Part shown: piece after piece, positions 42,330 to 55,185 of the stretch
Layout of the letters: every line of letters begins with the position of its first letter
Position numbering within the stretch: the stretch's first letter is position 1
Assembly: GCA_020536535.1 (NCBI GenBank)
Contig: JAHLWZ010000809.1
Location: forward strand, 1-64,000
Length of the DNA: 64,000 nt
From: Pelomyxa schiedti
Taxonomy: Eukaryota > Protista > Evosea
Direction of reading: 5' to 3'
Notes under the pieces: generated by a model
What the model saw: the letters and a program-made list of their open reading frames with translations, nothing else
Told to the model about the DNA's origin: nothing
The model's database searches: none
Made by a program: the position numbers and the translations under genes

Positions 42330-43467
42330 ATGAAGTGGTTGGTGGTGGCTGTTGCGGCGTTCATCGCTGTCGCAAGTGCCGGCGTGGTTGGTTTCTTTCT
42401 TCTTTGTTTGTCGGTGTTGTGGTCGCTTCGCTGTGTGTATGGTCCCGTTTTTGCGTTTTTTCCTTTTTTTTTCTCTAATCGATTTTCTTTGGTTTGAATA
42501 GCAAAAAGATTGTACATGGGAAACCGATGGTGTTAGTGGTGGTAAATGGTACTACAATCTGTCTCCGATGACACACGCCGAGGGGTATTTACGAATTACC
42601 CTCGTTTTTTTTTCTCACTGCATCAGGGAAGCTGATTACCTCACGATTTTTGATACTGAGACCCAAAACACGTATGCTGATTGACTGATTTATTCAGGCT
42701 ATGCTATGAATCTAACAGTTGGCAGATTCTTTGTCAATATTTGTGGTAACGCCACAGCATCGTGTGTACCCAGGCAAGCGGTTTGCCAACAAGGCCAAAA
42801 CACCGCACTCTATGCTTGTGGGCTCCTTAGCACACAGACTTTCAGTGATCCCGGAACTGGTGGGTCCCTTTATCACTTATTTTCCCCTAACATGTCTGAA
42901 CAGGAAATGATGGACAGAGCCTTATTGTCTGGTACGGTGGAGGAAAGCTTTGTGGATCGGTTTACCGCTCAACAACTATCACCGTTATGTGTGATGAATC
43001 TGCTGGCCGTGGTGCCATAAGTGAAGCAGACGAAAGCTCTTGCACATATGCTCTGTGAGCCGTTTCTCCCATGCGGCACTTCTAACATACCCAAGTACTG
43101 TGAGGAGCAAATATGGTTGTGGCTCTAGTGATAAGCCCAGCTCTGGTGGAATTGACGTGGGGTGGATTCTCATCATCGTGTACGAGAAATAAAACCAGCT
43201 TAACCTTTCCTTACATCTTTGCAGTGCCCTCTGCCTTGTTATCGTTTATATTGTTGCCGGTGTCTGCTACAACAAGTTCTTGGCTCACAAAGAAGGAATA
43301 GAGCTTATTCCCAACAAAGACTTCTGGTTTGGGTTCCCAATCCTCCTCAAGGTACGTTGCCTTCACTTTTTAAGTTACCAAGTCTCACTGAATTCAAGGA
43401 TGGTGTTATGTGGGCAATCAAGGGATTCCCCAAGACTGGCTATGCTACAGAGTATTCTACCCTCTAA
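42330..43467 (+). CDS. Mannose-6-phosphate receptor homology (CD-MPR/ATG27-like) type I membrane protein
   Basis: Signal peptide, YYNLSPM, FFVNICG, Cys-spaced MRH domain, TM, then IVAGVCYNKFLAHKEGIELIPNKDFW..LLKDGV tail. Confidence 0.82.
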
Positions 43468-43687
43468 AGAGACAGAAATTCCGTTTTTCTTTTTTGTGTT
43501 TGCTACAGTTGTGGTTAAGGTGGATAAATAAAACAAAATTTTTTTTTCCCCTTGACTTTCCTTCGCAAAATGAATCTTTTTTGGTAGCTTTTTCAAGGGA
43601 CAAGGCACTTGCAATTAAAGGGAAATCAAACCCTTTAATTTTTATTTCGTTCCGAACAAACAACAAACAAAACCGAGAGAGGTAACG

Positions 43688-44374
43688 ATGTCTACCGGAC
43701 GAGCCGACATTTTGGATGCTTGCAGACGACATTGCCACACTGGCGCAGCTCATTGTTCATGGTTTGTTTTTGTTTTTTGTCTTGGTCTTGTTTTTGTTTG
43801 CCTTTTTGCTTGGGGCGTCGCTGGAGGCGGTTTTTCTAGTGTTTGACATGGGAAAAGGGTACTTTGTACTGTTGAGAACAAGAAACTTGTTCTGAAAACG
43901 AATGGCACCGGGGTCGATGCCCTGAGGAACCTTCTTCCCGTAGGCCTAACTCTCTTTTTTTACGATCGATGTAATGCCAATTTTGCTTTTTTTTTTAGGA
44001 CGACGGCTGTGCCTATTGCCTTATTACACTGAGGTTGGAACTTCAGGGTGTTGCGGACCAAGTTCGCAACGTTTTCATCAACTGGAAGGGACCCAAGAGC
44101 TCTGGAATGAGACGTGTCCAAGCCAATCAGCTTATGCAAGAAGCCTTGGACAGCCTTGCGGTATGCCCACACGAAATTACTTGCACTTGCACATACACAT
44201 TCTATGCTTATTTATTGTTCCATAATAATATTATTCCGTGTATTGAATAACACAACCTCATCCACCACACAGCCCAACCATGGACAACTCGAAGTCGTCG
44301 GCAAAACGAACTTCAACGAGGCCAACATTGCCCTCAAGTGGCAACCATCCTCAGGCAGCCATGTCATTGACTGA
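43688..44374 (+). CDS. ADF-H (coactosin-like) actin-binding protein
   Basis: Spliced to about 140 aa: WVLCTVENKKLVLKTNGTGVDALRNLLPDDGCAYCLITL...RNVFINWKGP. Confidence 0.72.
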
Positions 44375-44496
44375 GCACTTCTGCTATCTCCGTTTCTCCA
44401 AGTGTTTTCTTAACCCAACAAGCAATAGGGAAAAAAAAAAGCTTTTTCACATTTTTCTTTTTTTCTTGAACAAGCACCTCACAAAATGGTTTGATT

Positions 44497-45812
44497 TTAT
44501 GTAATTTGTAAAGACATCTCATGCACACCAGGGAGTAGGCTGCTTGCCATCATTACTGGTGTGATGTCCCTATCTCTTTGGAATAGGAGGGATTCGTGGT
44601 ACCAACTCTTGTGTATCCTTTCTGCACGATTTTTCCACAGTTCTGAGGACTTGGACTGGTAGGAATGTGAGTTTTGGATTGAAAGTTGTTTTCGTACCAG
44701 GTGGTTCACTTGTATTCCAAGGGATGTACCAAATTCTCTAAAGGCCAGTCTGTTTTTCATTGACGAGGTTGAAAAGTATCCCTGCTTAAACAATTTTTCA
44801 AGTGCTTCTAGTGACTTGTGCGCAATGTGTTGTAGTGTATCTCGTTCCCAATCAACAATCGACTGTGCCACTGTGTGTGTTTGCGTCGTCGTCGTGTGAT
44901 GCTGAGGCTGTGGGAGTTGGGAAAGCCATAAACTCATTCCTAAATCCAGTGGGTCTGTTCCGGCATTCCATCTTTCAATCTGGGAGACCACTATTGCTCT
45001 CAAATCTGGAAGCAGTGTCAGATAAATTTTAGGAATCAAACAAACCATTTATCTCCTTCATAAGCGGGTGATTTGGCGAGTAGGAATCCACTATGCGATA
45101 GACAACATATCCATCCAGAGGATCCAGGTGTCCTTGTGACCAAACAAGTGGCGTGGATAAATTTATTGACAGCTTCCAGTACATTGACAAGCCACCGGGA
45201 GTAATGAAGTGAGGCAAAACTCCTTTCCCGAGTGCCACAGCCAATTTGTTCCAGTGATCGTCATGTGTGGCAATTGAAAGCCGATTGAGAGTGTACATCC
45301 AAGTACAAAGATAATGAAAGTACTGGCCATCTCCATCGGGGGAGCTCTCCGGGTCTTTTTTCCTGAAAATAATTGGATTCCTTTTGGTTGGGTCCACAAA
45401 CACACCCAATGCGGAGACCGCAGGAAGTGGGACAAGAATCAGTGGCATCTCCCAGCCTCCAAGACAGAGTTCTATCTTTTCCCAGTGTGTTGTGGACTTC
45501 CCTTGTTAGAACGATTGCTTGCTCCAGAAACCTTGCATAATATAAGGTACTATCACCAAAGCAAGCTTTCAAAGGCTCACTTTCCTTCTTTTGTTGCATT
45601 CCACAAAGACAAGTAGTTTCGTACTCCAAATGCATCTTACAAGAGAGTGAGCGCAGAAAAGACTCACCATGGATGGTGGTGACAATGTGAGTGCGCAGAC
45701 CGGTCCAGAGATATCGTGGACTCTCAGACTTAAAAGGCAAAGGCCTCCAGTTTTGTGTGTATGGTCCATAGACTACGTCTTGCAGTCGCACCACTTCAGA
45801 AACACAATCCAT
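44497..45812 (-). CDS. Conserved hypothetical protein of a prokaryote/fungus-type family, probable (alpha/alpha)6 fold
   Basis: After splicing: RYLWTDAFGVRNY, GLRIGKK, DGDGQYFHYLCTWM, MYWKLSINLS, GHLDPLDG, LAFREFG, RDITPVM. These resemble an uncharacterised bacterial/archaeal family as I recall it. Confidence 0.72.
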
Positions 45813-45971
45813 CAGCTGCGTTCGTCTCGAAAAATCAACATTGTGACCAGCACTCCATCTATTTCGTTTCGTAAGCCTTACGAAACAACGACGTTTGAAA
45901 CGTTAAAATTGGAAGAATAGAAATCATTTTCTATTTATGTAGAATAGTTTTTTGTGCTTGGTTTTTGTTCT

Positions 45972-47431
45972 CTAGAAACCAAGTGTAGCATGGAGGCGTT
46001 CAGCAACTACGTCAATGAATCTTTCAGTGGTAACCCAGTCAGAGTCGAGAAGGTTGCTCACTGTTCCCTTGATGCAAAGAGCCAAGTCTTTGGTCATCAC
46101 TCCACTCTCAATGACGTCCACACATGTTTTCTCAAGCACTGCACAGAAGTTAGCCAGTGGTGCGTTGTTGTCCAGCTTTGCGCGGTGTGAAAGTCCTCTT
46201 GTCCAGGCAAAGATAGAAGCAACGGAGTTTGTGCTTGTTGGCAGGCCCTTCTGGTGTGCCCTGAAATGGCGAGTTACGGTTCCGTGGGCAGCCTCAGCCT
46301 CAATTGTGCGCCCATCAGGGCATACGAGCACGCTAGTCATGAGACCAAGTGAGCCATATCCCTGTGCAACACAGTCAGACTGGACATCACCATCGTAGTT
46401 CTTGCAAGCCCAGATATAGCCACCGTCGGACTACAAATGTAATTAGAACTAGTTGTAGTAGACTAATCGGGGGTACTTTACCTTGAGCATGAAGGCAACC
46501 ATATCGTCAATAAGTCTGTGCTCGTATGTGATTCCGGCTGCGGCAAACTTCTCAGCAAACTCGGTTCTGAAGACTTGCTCAAAGATATTCTTGAAGCGGC
46601 CATCATATTGCTTCAGGATAGTGTTCTTGGTGGTGAAGTAGAGAGGTTGTCTCTTAGACAGAGCAAGGCCCATGCATGTGCGAGCAAAGTCAAAGATGGA
46701 CTCGTCCGTGTTGAACATTCCCAGGGTGACGCCTGGCAAAGTCAAACTTTTGATTGAGGAAAACCAATGAAGCTTACCAGGGCCAGTAAATTTGTTGATT
46801 TGTACGACTTTGCTGGTACCATCATTACCAGTGAACACGAGCTCAACTTTCCCTGCCCCAGGAACAACAATTTCGGAAGCCTAAAAAGAAAAGAAAAACT
46901 AAGACACAAGTAGACGGCCTCCTGAAATTCGAACCTTATACTGATCGGCATGGGCGTGCCTGCCAATGATAATGGGTTTTGTCCACCCAGGCACAAGGCG
47001 TGGAACGTTCTTGCAAATAATTGGCTCACGGAAAACTGTGCCACCTACATAAAAAAAAAAAATATTAAGAAAAAACACATGCTTTGCAAAAAAGCAGTAG
47101 TACCAAGGATGTTCCTGATGGTCCCGTTAGGGCTTTTCCACATTTCCTTCAAGCCGAATTCCGTGACACGGGCCTCATCGGGGGTGATTGTGGCACACTT
47201 GATGCCAACGTTGCACGCCTTGATGGCTCGTGCGCACTCAACGGTGACTTGATCGTTGGTGGCATCGCGATTTTGAATGGAGAGGTCAAAGTACTGAATG
47301 GGAACGTCGAGGAAGGGGACAATCAGTTTCTGCTTGATCTGGGCCCAGATGATGCGGGTCATTTCATCTCCGTCCATCTCTACTACCGGATTATCGACAT
47401 GGATCTTGGTTGGTGCTGCGGTGGTGGCCAT
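45972..47431 (-). CDS. IDH1: NADP-dependent isocitrate dehydrogenase (IDH1/2 type), no obvious transit peptide
   Basis: [72 protein letters not shown]. Confidence 0.95.
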
Positions 47432-47592
47432 TGCTGTCAGTTACAATAGTGTGATCTCGGACGATTGTCTTGGGTTTTTTTGTTTGCTTGTGTGGCTTGG
47501 CAGGACAATTATTTTCGTTAATAAGAGGCCTTAGGAGAATCACATTCCACAGCTCCGAAACGATTCAAAAAGGAATTTAATGGGGAACCATC

Positions 47593-50500
47593 ATGGAAGC
47601 GGCCGATTCTACTTTTCTTCCTGGTACCAATTGGTCCCCAGAGTGCACGGCACAAGGCTCACAGATCTCAATCCCAATTCGGCCGACATTGAACGGACAA
47701 GAACAGACAAAGAAAAAAAAAAGGGGTGCACAAACGCCGATGACCTCAACACAAAACCGGTTGAACCGACAGGCCCCTCAGCCAAACTCCCCTACCAACC
47801 AACCAAAGCCCGGGACAACAACGTCGTCCTCGGCCGCCACCCAGCCCCCGCACCAGCTTTTTTCGACGCCGGCGCCGGCGAACCAGGTTCAGGCCACGTC
47901 GAACCTGCAGGCCAAGCACCCCGTCGCCACGTTCGGGGCCGACGTGCAGTGGCTGCAGAACGCGGTGCAGCGGGCGCCGCCGAGCAAGGAGCTGCGCGAC
48001 GTCGCCGGCGACGCGGCGGAGATGGCCGCGCTGTTCCGCGAGATCTCGATGCGGGCCGACCGCTGCGCCGCCGCCTGCCGCTGGCTCGCCGCCGTCCGCA
48101 CGGTGCAGCGCGCGTGGCGGGTCCGCGAGCAGCGCCGCGACTTCGCGCGGTGGCGCGCCGCGGGGCTCGTGCCGGACATCATCGCGCGCAACACGGCGTT
48201 CAGGGACCTCGTGCGCGCCGAGGCCAAGTACCGCGACGCCCTCTCCTCGATCGAGTCCATGTTCCACGCCCCGCTGCGCCGCGCCGCCTCGCCTTCCGCG
48301 AATCCCAATTCGCCGCAATCCGGCGCCCCAAATAGTGCCTCCGGCGGCGGCGGCAATTCTGCTAATTCGGTGGGCTCTATCTCTTCGCCACAACCTGGGT
48401 CAGCTTCTGGCTCAGCCTCCTCTTCTAATATGAATTCCGGTTCCTTGTCGTCACAGCAGTCTATTTTGGGTTCACAGGTACCCCAGGCTGGGGTGGTTGC
48501 TGTGCACCACATGCCTGGGTCTGTGCCTCCTCCTGTGGTCAACGCTTCTGATATCAATGTGATTTTCGGACTTCTGGAAGACGTTGCTACACTGTCTGGT
48601 ACAATATCTCGGCAATTGGCGTATTCGGGGCAGCAGTTCCCGCGTATCAGTGGAGTTGGGGAAATCTTCCTTGGGGTAGCACCTAAGTTTGCAGTACTAG
48701 GAAGTTACGCAAAAAACGTACCTGTGGCAATTGAGACTGTAGAATCCCTTTCTGCCACCAACCCACGGTTTTTACAGTTTATCAACAGTGTCAGACTGGA
48801 GGGAGAGCTGGATGGAGCCAGTCTTATGGACTTGTTGCCTCTTCCCCTCAACCAGATTGTGCAATACGATAAACACTTGCATAGAATGCTCGAGGCAACT
48901 ACGGACGACATGGTAGCTTGTGGGTTTGTTCCTAGTGGAGAAGGCGAATCTCTTTCACGAGCTTGCACCCTTATGCAAGGTGTTGCACAGGCTATAAGTG
49001 TTGCGCATGAAATGTCTAATAGCAGGCGCGCAGTTGTAAATATTTTCAAAAGCTTCGTGCCTACTGTTAGTGCTTCAAAGCAGCTAATATCTGATGGAGT
49101 CACAAATGCCAGCAATTTGGGAAGCAATTCGGTAGGGGGAGCCAATGTCAGTTCAAATAGTACCTCCAGTAGTGGAGCCGGAATGAGGAGATGCTTGATT
49201 ACGGAAGGGGAATGCTCCATTGCGCAACAATTTGTAACCTTCAAAAAGCATAAAACTCGCATTCATCCCAGGCACTACTACTTATTTTCCGATTGTCTTG
49301 TTCTGGCGAAACCCACACAAAAGAATATGAATGAACCAAAAGAAGTAATGTGGGTTAATGCGATGAACATTGACAAGACAGTACTGCACGATCCCCAAAT
49401 AGGGCCAAATTCAATTACCCTTATCTCAAATGCCGCAAATCAACATGTTTCTCATACACTTGTTTTACCAAACGTGCATGCTCGCAATGAGTTTGAGTCT
49501 CAGCTTGCGGCTCAAATACGGTGCACAGAAAATACACATGCTGTGTATGGAGTTGACTTATCAGAGTTGCTGATGCGGGAGAACTCTCCATCGGGAATTC
49601 CACAAATTATAGAAGACCTAGTACACGCAATGCTGCCTCATATACATACAGAAGGTAAGCTTGAAGAACTCAAACTCAGAACCAGGAATTTTTCTGATCT
49701 CAATCTTGAGGTTTATTTAGAATTGGTGGTGCTAAGCAGGACGTTGATCGTTTACATGACGCCATTGATTCTGGCTCGTGGAAGCCAGGTGAAGCGGTAG
49801 ATACCTACGGCATACACACTGTTGCATCTGTGAGTTTTTTTAACTAACTGTTTCTGATTGATGATTGATACTTTACCTAGGCATTTAAGCTTTTTTTCAA
49901 TGAATTACCACAACCACTAATTCCATACACTTTGTATGGAAGGCTTATGTCTTTGGCTGAGAATAAGGCGGCCTCTATTCCCCAAAAGCAATCCACTTTG
50001 AATGAAATCCTGTCTTGTTTACCAACTCCCCACAGGTAAAATTTTAATTTGGAGTGTTTTCTTAAACATGCAAAGAAACCTCGAGAAGTTCTTAGTCAGC
50101 TTTTTAGCCACTGTAGTAACCAGAGCAAGTGCAAGGTATAATACCTCCTCTCTTCTTACTCCCTTATTATTCAGTTTGTCAATAATTTAACGGTAGTTGC
50201 ATCAAGTAAAATGAATCCACGAAACATTGCAATTGTGTTTACTCCAGCAATACTCCGTCCACAAGTTGAAACTGTGGAGAGCACCCTCAAGTGTATGTTA
50301 CTTGTGGATGTAATTGAAATCCTTATTGACAGTTGCCGAGACATTATGGTAAGAGTTTCCTCTTTTTTTTTCCACCTCATTTGCCCTAGCCCTCCAGTGC
50401 GCCCTATCACGTGTCTGAATCAGAAAGAGCTAGTTTTAGGGCCTCAAGAAGAACCCTTATGATGGTATGTTATTTGAAACATGCCTCCTTTCCTTTTAAC

Positions 50501-51722
50501 CTGTGAAAAGCAAAAAGTGGCAGCAACTTCCTTTTTGGAGATGCAGATAAGGAAGCCAGGGATGCCTCCAAAAGGTGGTGTGTCCACACTTAATTCACGG
50601 CAGCCAAGTCCACATTTTGCAGCTCAACGTAATATTGAGTCCACCACTGAGTCGTTACCTAAACCCCCTACACCCCCACCACAACAAACCCAACAACAAC
50701 CACAGCAGTCACAAAATCAACAACAGCAAATTTTATTGCTTCCAGCTCAAGTCAAGCAAAAGCTCAAAGCACTTGCTGCTAGTGCCACTTCGACCAACAC
50801 CACTGCGTCCGACCAATCTCGTAGCAACCTTGGTGGGAGGCAGATGCTAGTTGGACAATCCCGTAACATCTCTGGCCCACAGGGTGAATCCAACGAGTCA
50901 CCTACTTTGACTCGCTCGTTTTCTATAGGCAACTCCAGCCGGCCACAAATACAAGCCCCAACACCAATTCCAGCAATGGCCAACATCGCCTTGATGGCCA
51001 TGGCGGCCGCAGCCGTAGCTTCCGCATCCACGTCCACATCCACTGCACCAAACACTCTCGCAACAACTCCGCCTGTGTCCACTTCTCCTGTAGTCAACCC
51101 AGTTATATACCTCAGCACATCACCCGCTGCTGCAACCTCCCTCCAGCCACCCACTCCTCCCCAGACTCACAACACCCAAATTTCCGTAGGTGCCGCGAGG
51201 ACGCTGAACCCTCGCCCAACTCCACCCACTCCAGCACTCGCATCCCAGCAGACCCCGCTGATGGTAGCGAGACCGCCCTCACCACCGCCTCCTCCCGCTC
51301 TGCCGCTTGCCACAGATACAGCCACCTCTGCTTCTTCATCATGGACCGCCGGCCCACAGGAACCTGTGTCCCGGCCACCACCTGCGCAACCCCCACCACC
51401 ACCCCCACCTCGCCCAGCTCTCAACAAGTTTAGAACCACACCGAATGCGGAACAAATCCCCTTGGAAATGCCAACTGTATTTTATCCACTCACAGTACTC
51501 ACCACCAGGCCACTTCCGAATGGTGTTGATCCCTCGATTCTACCCCTGTACCTGGAGTAAGCTTCCCTCTCCCACAGCACAACCTCCACCAAATCAAACA
51601 CACAAACAAACACATATAGGGACAACGAATTCTTACAAGTGTTCGGAAGCACCAAGGCCGAGTATGTACTTCTGCCCTCTTGGAAAAAAACGCATTTACG
51701 GAAGAAAGCCAAGCTGTTCTGA
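47593..51722 (+). CDS. IQ - RhoGEF(DH) - PH - RhoGAP - Pro-rich - villin headpiece protein
   Basis: IQ-like VRTVQRAWR; DH RNTAFRDLVRAEAKYRDAL..LMDLLPLPLNQIVQY; PH RHYYLFSDCLVLAK; GAP VYGVDL..GIPQII..NKMNPRNIAIVFTPAILR; last exon LE|DNEFLQVFGSTKAEYVLLPSWKKTHLRKKAKLF*. Confidence 0.85.
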
Positions 51723-52068
51723 CGTTTCGCACTTTCCCAAAACAACACTTGGGACTTGTTGGTTTTTCTTTTCAAGTGATTTCGGCGTTTCAATATTTTT
51801 AGTTGTGGTGCTTGATGTTTTTTTTCTCCCGTAAACATGCCGTTAAACACTTCCCTGATTTCCCTTTTTCCCCAACTCCTTTTCACGGGAAGCAACAAAA
51901 ACGGGACATCAACTTGTGGAAGGGGAAAAAAAATCAAAACGCAGCACAAACAACAAAAAAAGCAATCTTGGTGTTGGGTGGGTGCTGCTGGTCTTTTTTT
52001 TTCTTCCCCGCACCCAAGTCGTATTACGCTGGGCCCACCCGGATCTACGTAAGTCACGAAGGACAGTA

Positions 52069-54832
52069 ATGACGACAACAGAGGCGACGCAACAAACCGA
52101 CGGGCTTAACGTCGAAAACCTCCCTCGCGTAGCGCTTTGGTTGAGAGAACATTTGGTGGAACCGTCACAACACGCAATTCAATCCACAGAAACCATCGTC
52201 ACAATTTGCAGGTACGATGCGGAGCAAAAAACCCACTCATTTCCCCAGGACCTTTTCCTTGAACTCACTTTTTTTTTTCCCTCCCTTTTTCTCCTACTAG
52301 AGGCGAATACTTCAGAGACAAAATAGGGGAGCTAATTATACCCGCACTTCTCGAATTCTTGGGAAGATGTGTGGTAGATTTGACATGGGCGCCTGACGCC
52401 CAGCTTGTGATTTCATGCCAGGTCCATGCTTTGCGTGCCCTATGCAATTTGATGTTCAACTCGGTGGAAAACCAAAAAAGGTTGTTTTGCTGTACGTCTA
52501 CCGCATTTTCCAACGCCAAACTTTCAGAGTTGGAGCCGAGAACGGCGTTAATTTGATCTCCCCGTTTCTATCGGATTACGAGCAACCTAAACTCCAACGT
52601 TATGCAGCAATTGCCATAGCCAACATGTGTTTTAAGTGTCCTAGTCAGCAGATGGAATGCGGTTTGTTATTGTGTATCTCTTCAATTTCCAACTGGCTGT
52701 TAGGTTCGGTTATCTTCCCTTTGATTCTCCTCTGCGACAGTCCTCACAACGCTGTTGCTTGCATGGCAGTGCGTGCGTTGTGCAATATTGCTGATCAACC
52801 ATGCAACACAGCACTAGGAATGGAGGGCGGGATAGGTCAGAAGATTTCCAAGTTATTATCCCGAAATGATGTGGAAGTTCAACTGGAGACGTTGGGCCTG
52901 CTTTCGCGATTTACCAAGGTGCCCCAGTACTGTACGCAATTGCTTAGCAAAGGTATAATTGACGTGCTTGTCGCTGTTGGCACACAAGATCTGGGCGAAA
53001 AATTCCACAACTTTCAGCGAGTTAAGCTAGCGCTGAGTGCGGCACTCAACACACTTCATGACCTTTCCAACAATAAAGAGTTACATGTTGGTGAGGTGAT
53101 GAGCAATAGATCTGTACGGCATCTTATAAGAAAGTTGGAATATGCTGTTCCCAGTGGATCAGTTGGGGATAATATTTCCTCTTCAAGAAGCACCTCTTCC
53201 ACTGTAACCCCACGTGGGAGTAACTCGACTGGGGAAGGTGAAAATGAGGAGGACGTTGCGATGTCCTGGGATATTCCAGGTCAAATTTTGAAGATACTCC
53301 GAAACATCTACTATGAAAATGACAGAGTAAGGCTGAGCCTCCAGAAACGAAATTATCTCTTTTATGAGCTTATTGCTAATAATAAAAGTGAACATCCATC
53401 AGAGCTGAAAGTTATCGCAGCTGATTTACTTCTCAAGGTGTCATCCAACCCCAGAAACCTTGAAAGTCTTGGCCAACCGGACAAGTTGGATGTACTACTC
53501 ACTACCCTTTCAGCGCCGGAAGTCCCTGACAGTCTGCAGTTTCCACTTCTGCAAGTTCTGCAATCCATGGTGAAGTGCAAACAAATTCAACAAGCCCCAG
53601 CAATCAAATTCGCAACTGCTATGAGCTGTGCGTTGTTTCAAGGGGGAACTGTGACTAAATCTGCAGGAATATGTCTTTCCATTCTCAGGCTGATATTCTA
53701 TTTGCATCCAACAACCTTACAAGAACCTGCAATTAAAGACATGGTTTGGGTATCAAATGTTATCGTGGAGCTGCATAAAAACAATTGCTTGACCCTCCTT
53801 GGGGATTATATGCAAACAACAGATGACACCCATCTAGAAGCCACAAGGGTACTAGCCAGCGCTCTAAATTGGGCCAACACATATGCACTACCACTTCATG
53901 AGTCTTCTGACTCGCTTCCTCTGGACCAGCCTTGTGCGTTAAACAGTATTAATGTTTCTCCTGCTATTTCCAGGACAATCACCACTGCCAACTTCGTCAA
54001 CAAAGTGTGCACAGCCGTACTGGAAAATAAGTGCTGTGAAGAATTTGCGATGACTCTGTCTGTCCTTGTGCGCTCCTCTTTCAAACCACCTGCCATATTT
54101 GCGGACTCTAATAGAATCGATGTCTGTGGAGAGCCTGCTTTACGGCTGGTTAATGTGCACGATGCCATTCAAAACGCTCTAGCTTACTCTCTGAGAGCAC
54201 CTCTTGCTCCACTTGTCATATCTGAATGCAAGAATGCAGCTTCTCTATTGGAGCGGTATTTTCCGCACTCTGGTGGCTCGTTTGGAAAGAAGATAAAGTC
54301 TACACCAAGAGGGAGCTCGGCATCCAGCGAGTCCCATATTATCCCCAATCAAGCCTGCTGTCGTGGTTCAAACAAACATGTGGGTCTGGATGGCTTGCCG
54401 GAAAAGTTACAACAATTAGCCAAGCTAAAAGACAGAGAGGATGCCACCTCCCGCGACTCGCCACAACCGTTCCTGGAGCCGGCGCCTGCAGTACGCAAGA
54501 TGTCTAAGCTTGACCGGCACCTTGCAACACTCTCGGCTGCTGCAAAGCCTGCTGGAGTTCCAACAGACAACCCAATTTGGAACACTTATCCTTCCGTTGA
54601 GCGGAATTCCTCAACGAAATGGTACTCACAGCCGGCTGCAGCCCAGGGCGGCAGTGTAAACCATTCCCTTGCCGGGCCCTTACCCAGCCTTCTTCCACTA
54701 CCAAAAATTCCCACAAATTCACAGAACCCAGGCATTGCACCAAGGCCTGAAGAACGAACACTCCCCTCACTTGTACAATTGCCAAGAGACAATTCAACAA
54801 AACTCCTGAAACCACTCAAAAAGGCACACTGA
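52069..54832 (+). CDS. Armadillo/HEAT-repeat protein
   Basis: Long ORF with repeated ARM-like helices (HALRALCNLMF, YAAIAIANMCF, MAVRALCNIA) and a disordered tail. Confidence 0.75.
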
Positions 54833-55185
54833 CTGCCTCCGAAATGTCACCTCAAGTCACGCCGTTGGGAGACCTTGCTGTCAGGGGTACTCCCTCTGGC
54901 GCTTGACTTGGTTGTATTTGACCAGAACACACACGAGCACCATGCACAAACATCAAACACCAACAAACGCGCAACCCAGTCAACCACACTGTCACAACCA
55001 CCATCATCAATGACAGAGCAGGTACAGGTACAGAAACAGAGCAATTCAGGCCGCCAGCCACACGCAAAGCCAGTTTTGTGGTTTTTGGAAGTTTTTTCGA
55101 AAAGAACAAGGTTCTTTGTTTTGCCAACAAGGTTTTTCTTGTTGGTTTGATTTTCGCTTGGGTTTGACTTGTGAAAGGATGTGCC

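Noticed and set aside
45972-47431. NADP-IDH as an organellar or peroxisomal enzyme
   Set aside because: No N-terminal extension and the C-terminus LGF is not a PTS1; it looks like an ordinary cytosolic form.
47746-48557. Long antisense and alternative-frame ORFs over GC-rich exons (also 19948-20475, 57583-58164, 60246-61417)
   Set aside because: Shadow ORFs caused by stop-codon scarcity in high-GC3 or low-complexity coding sequence.
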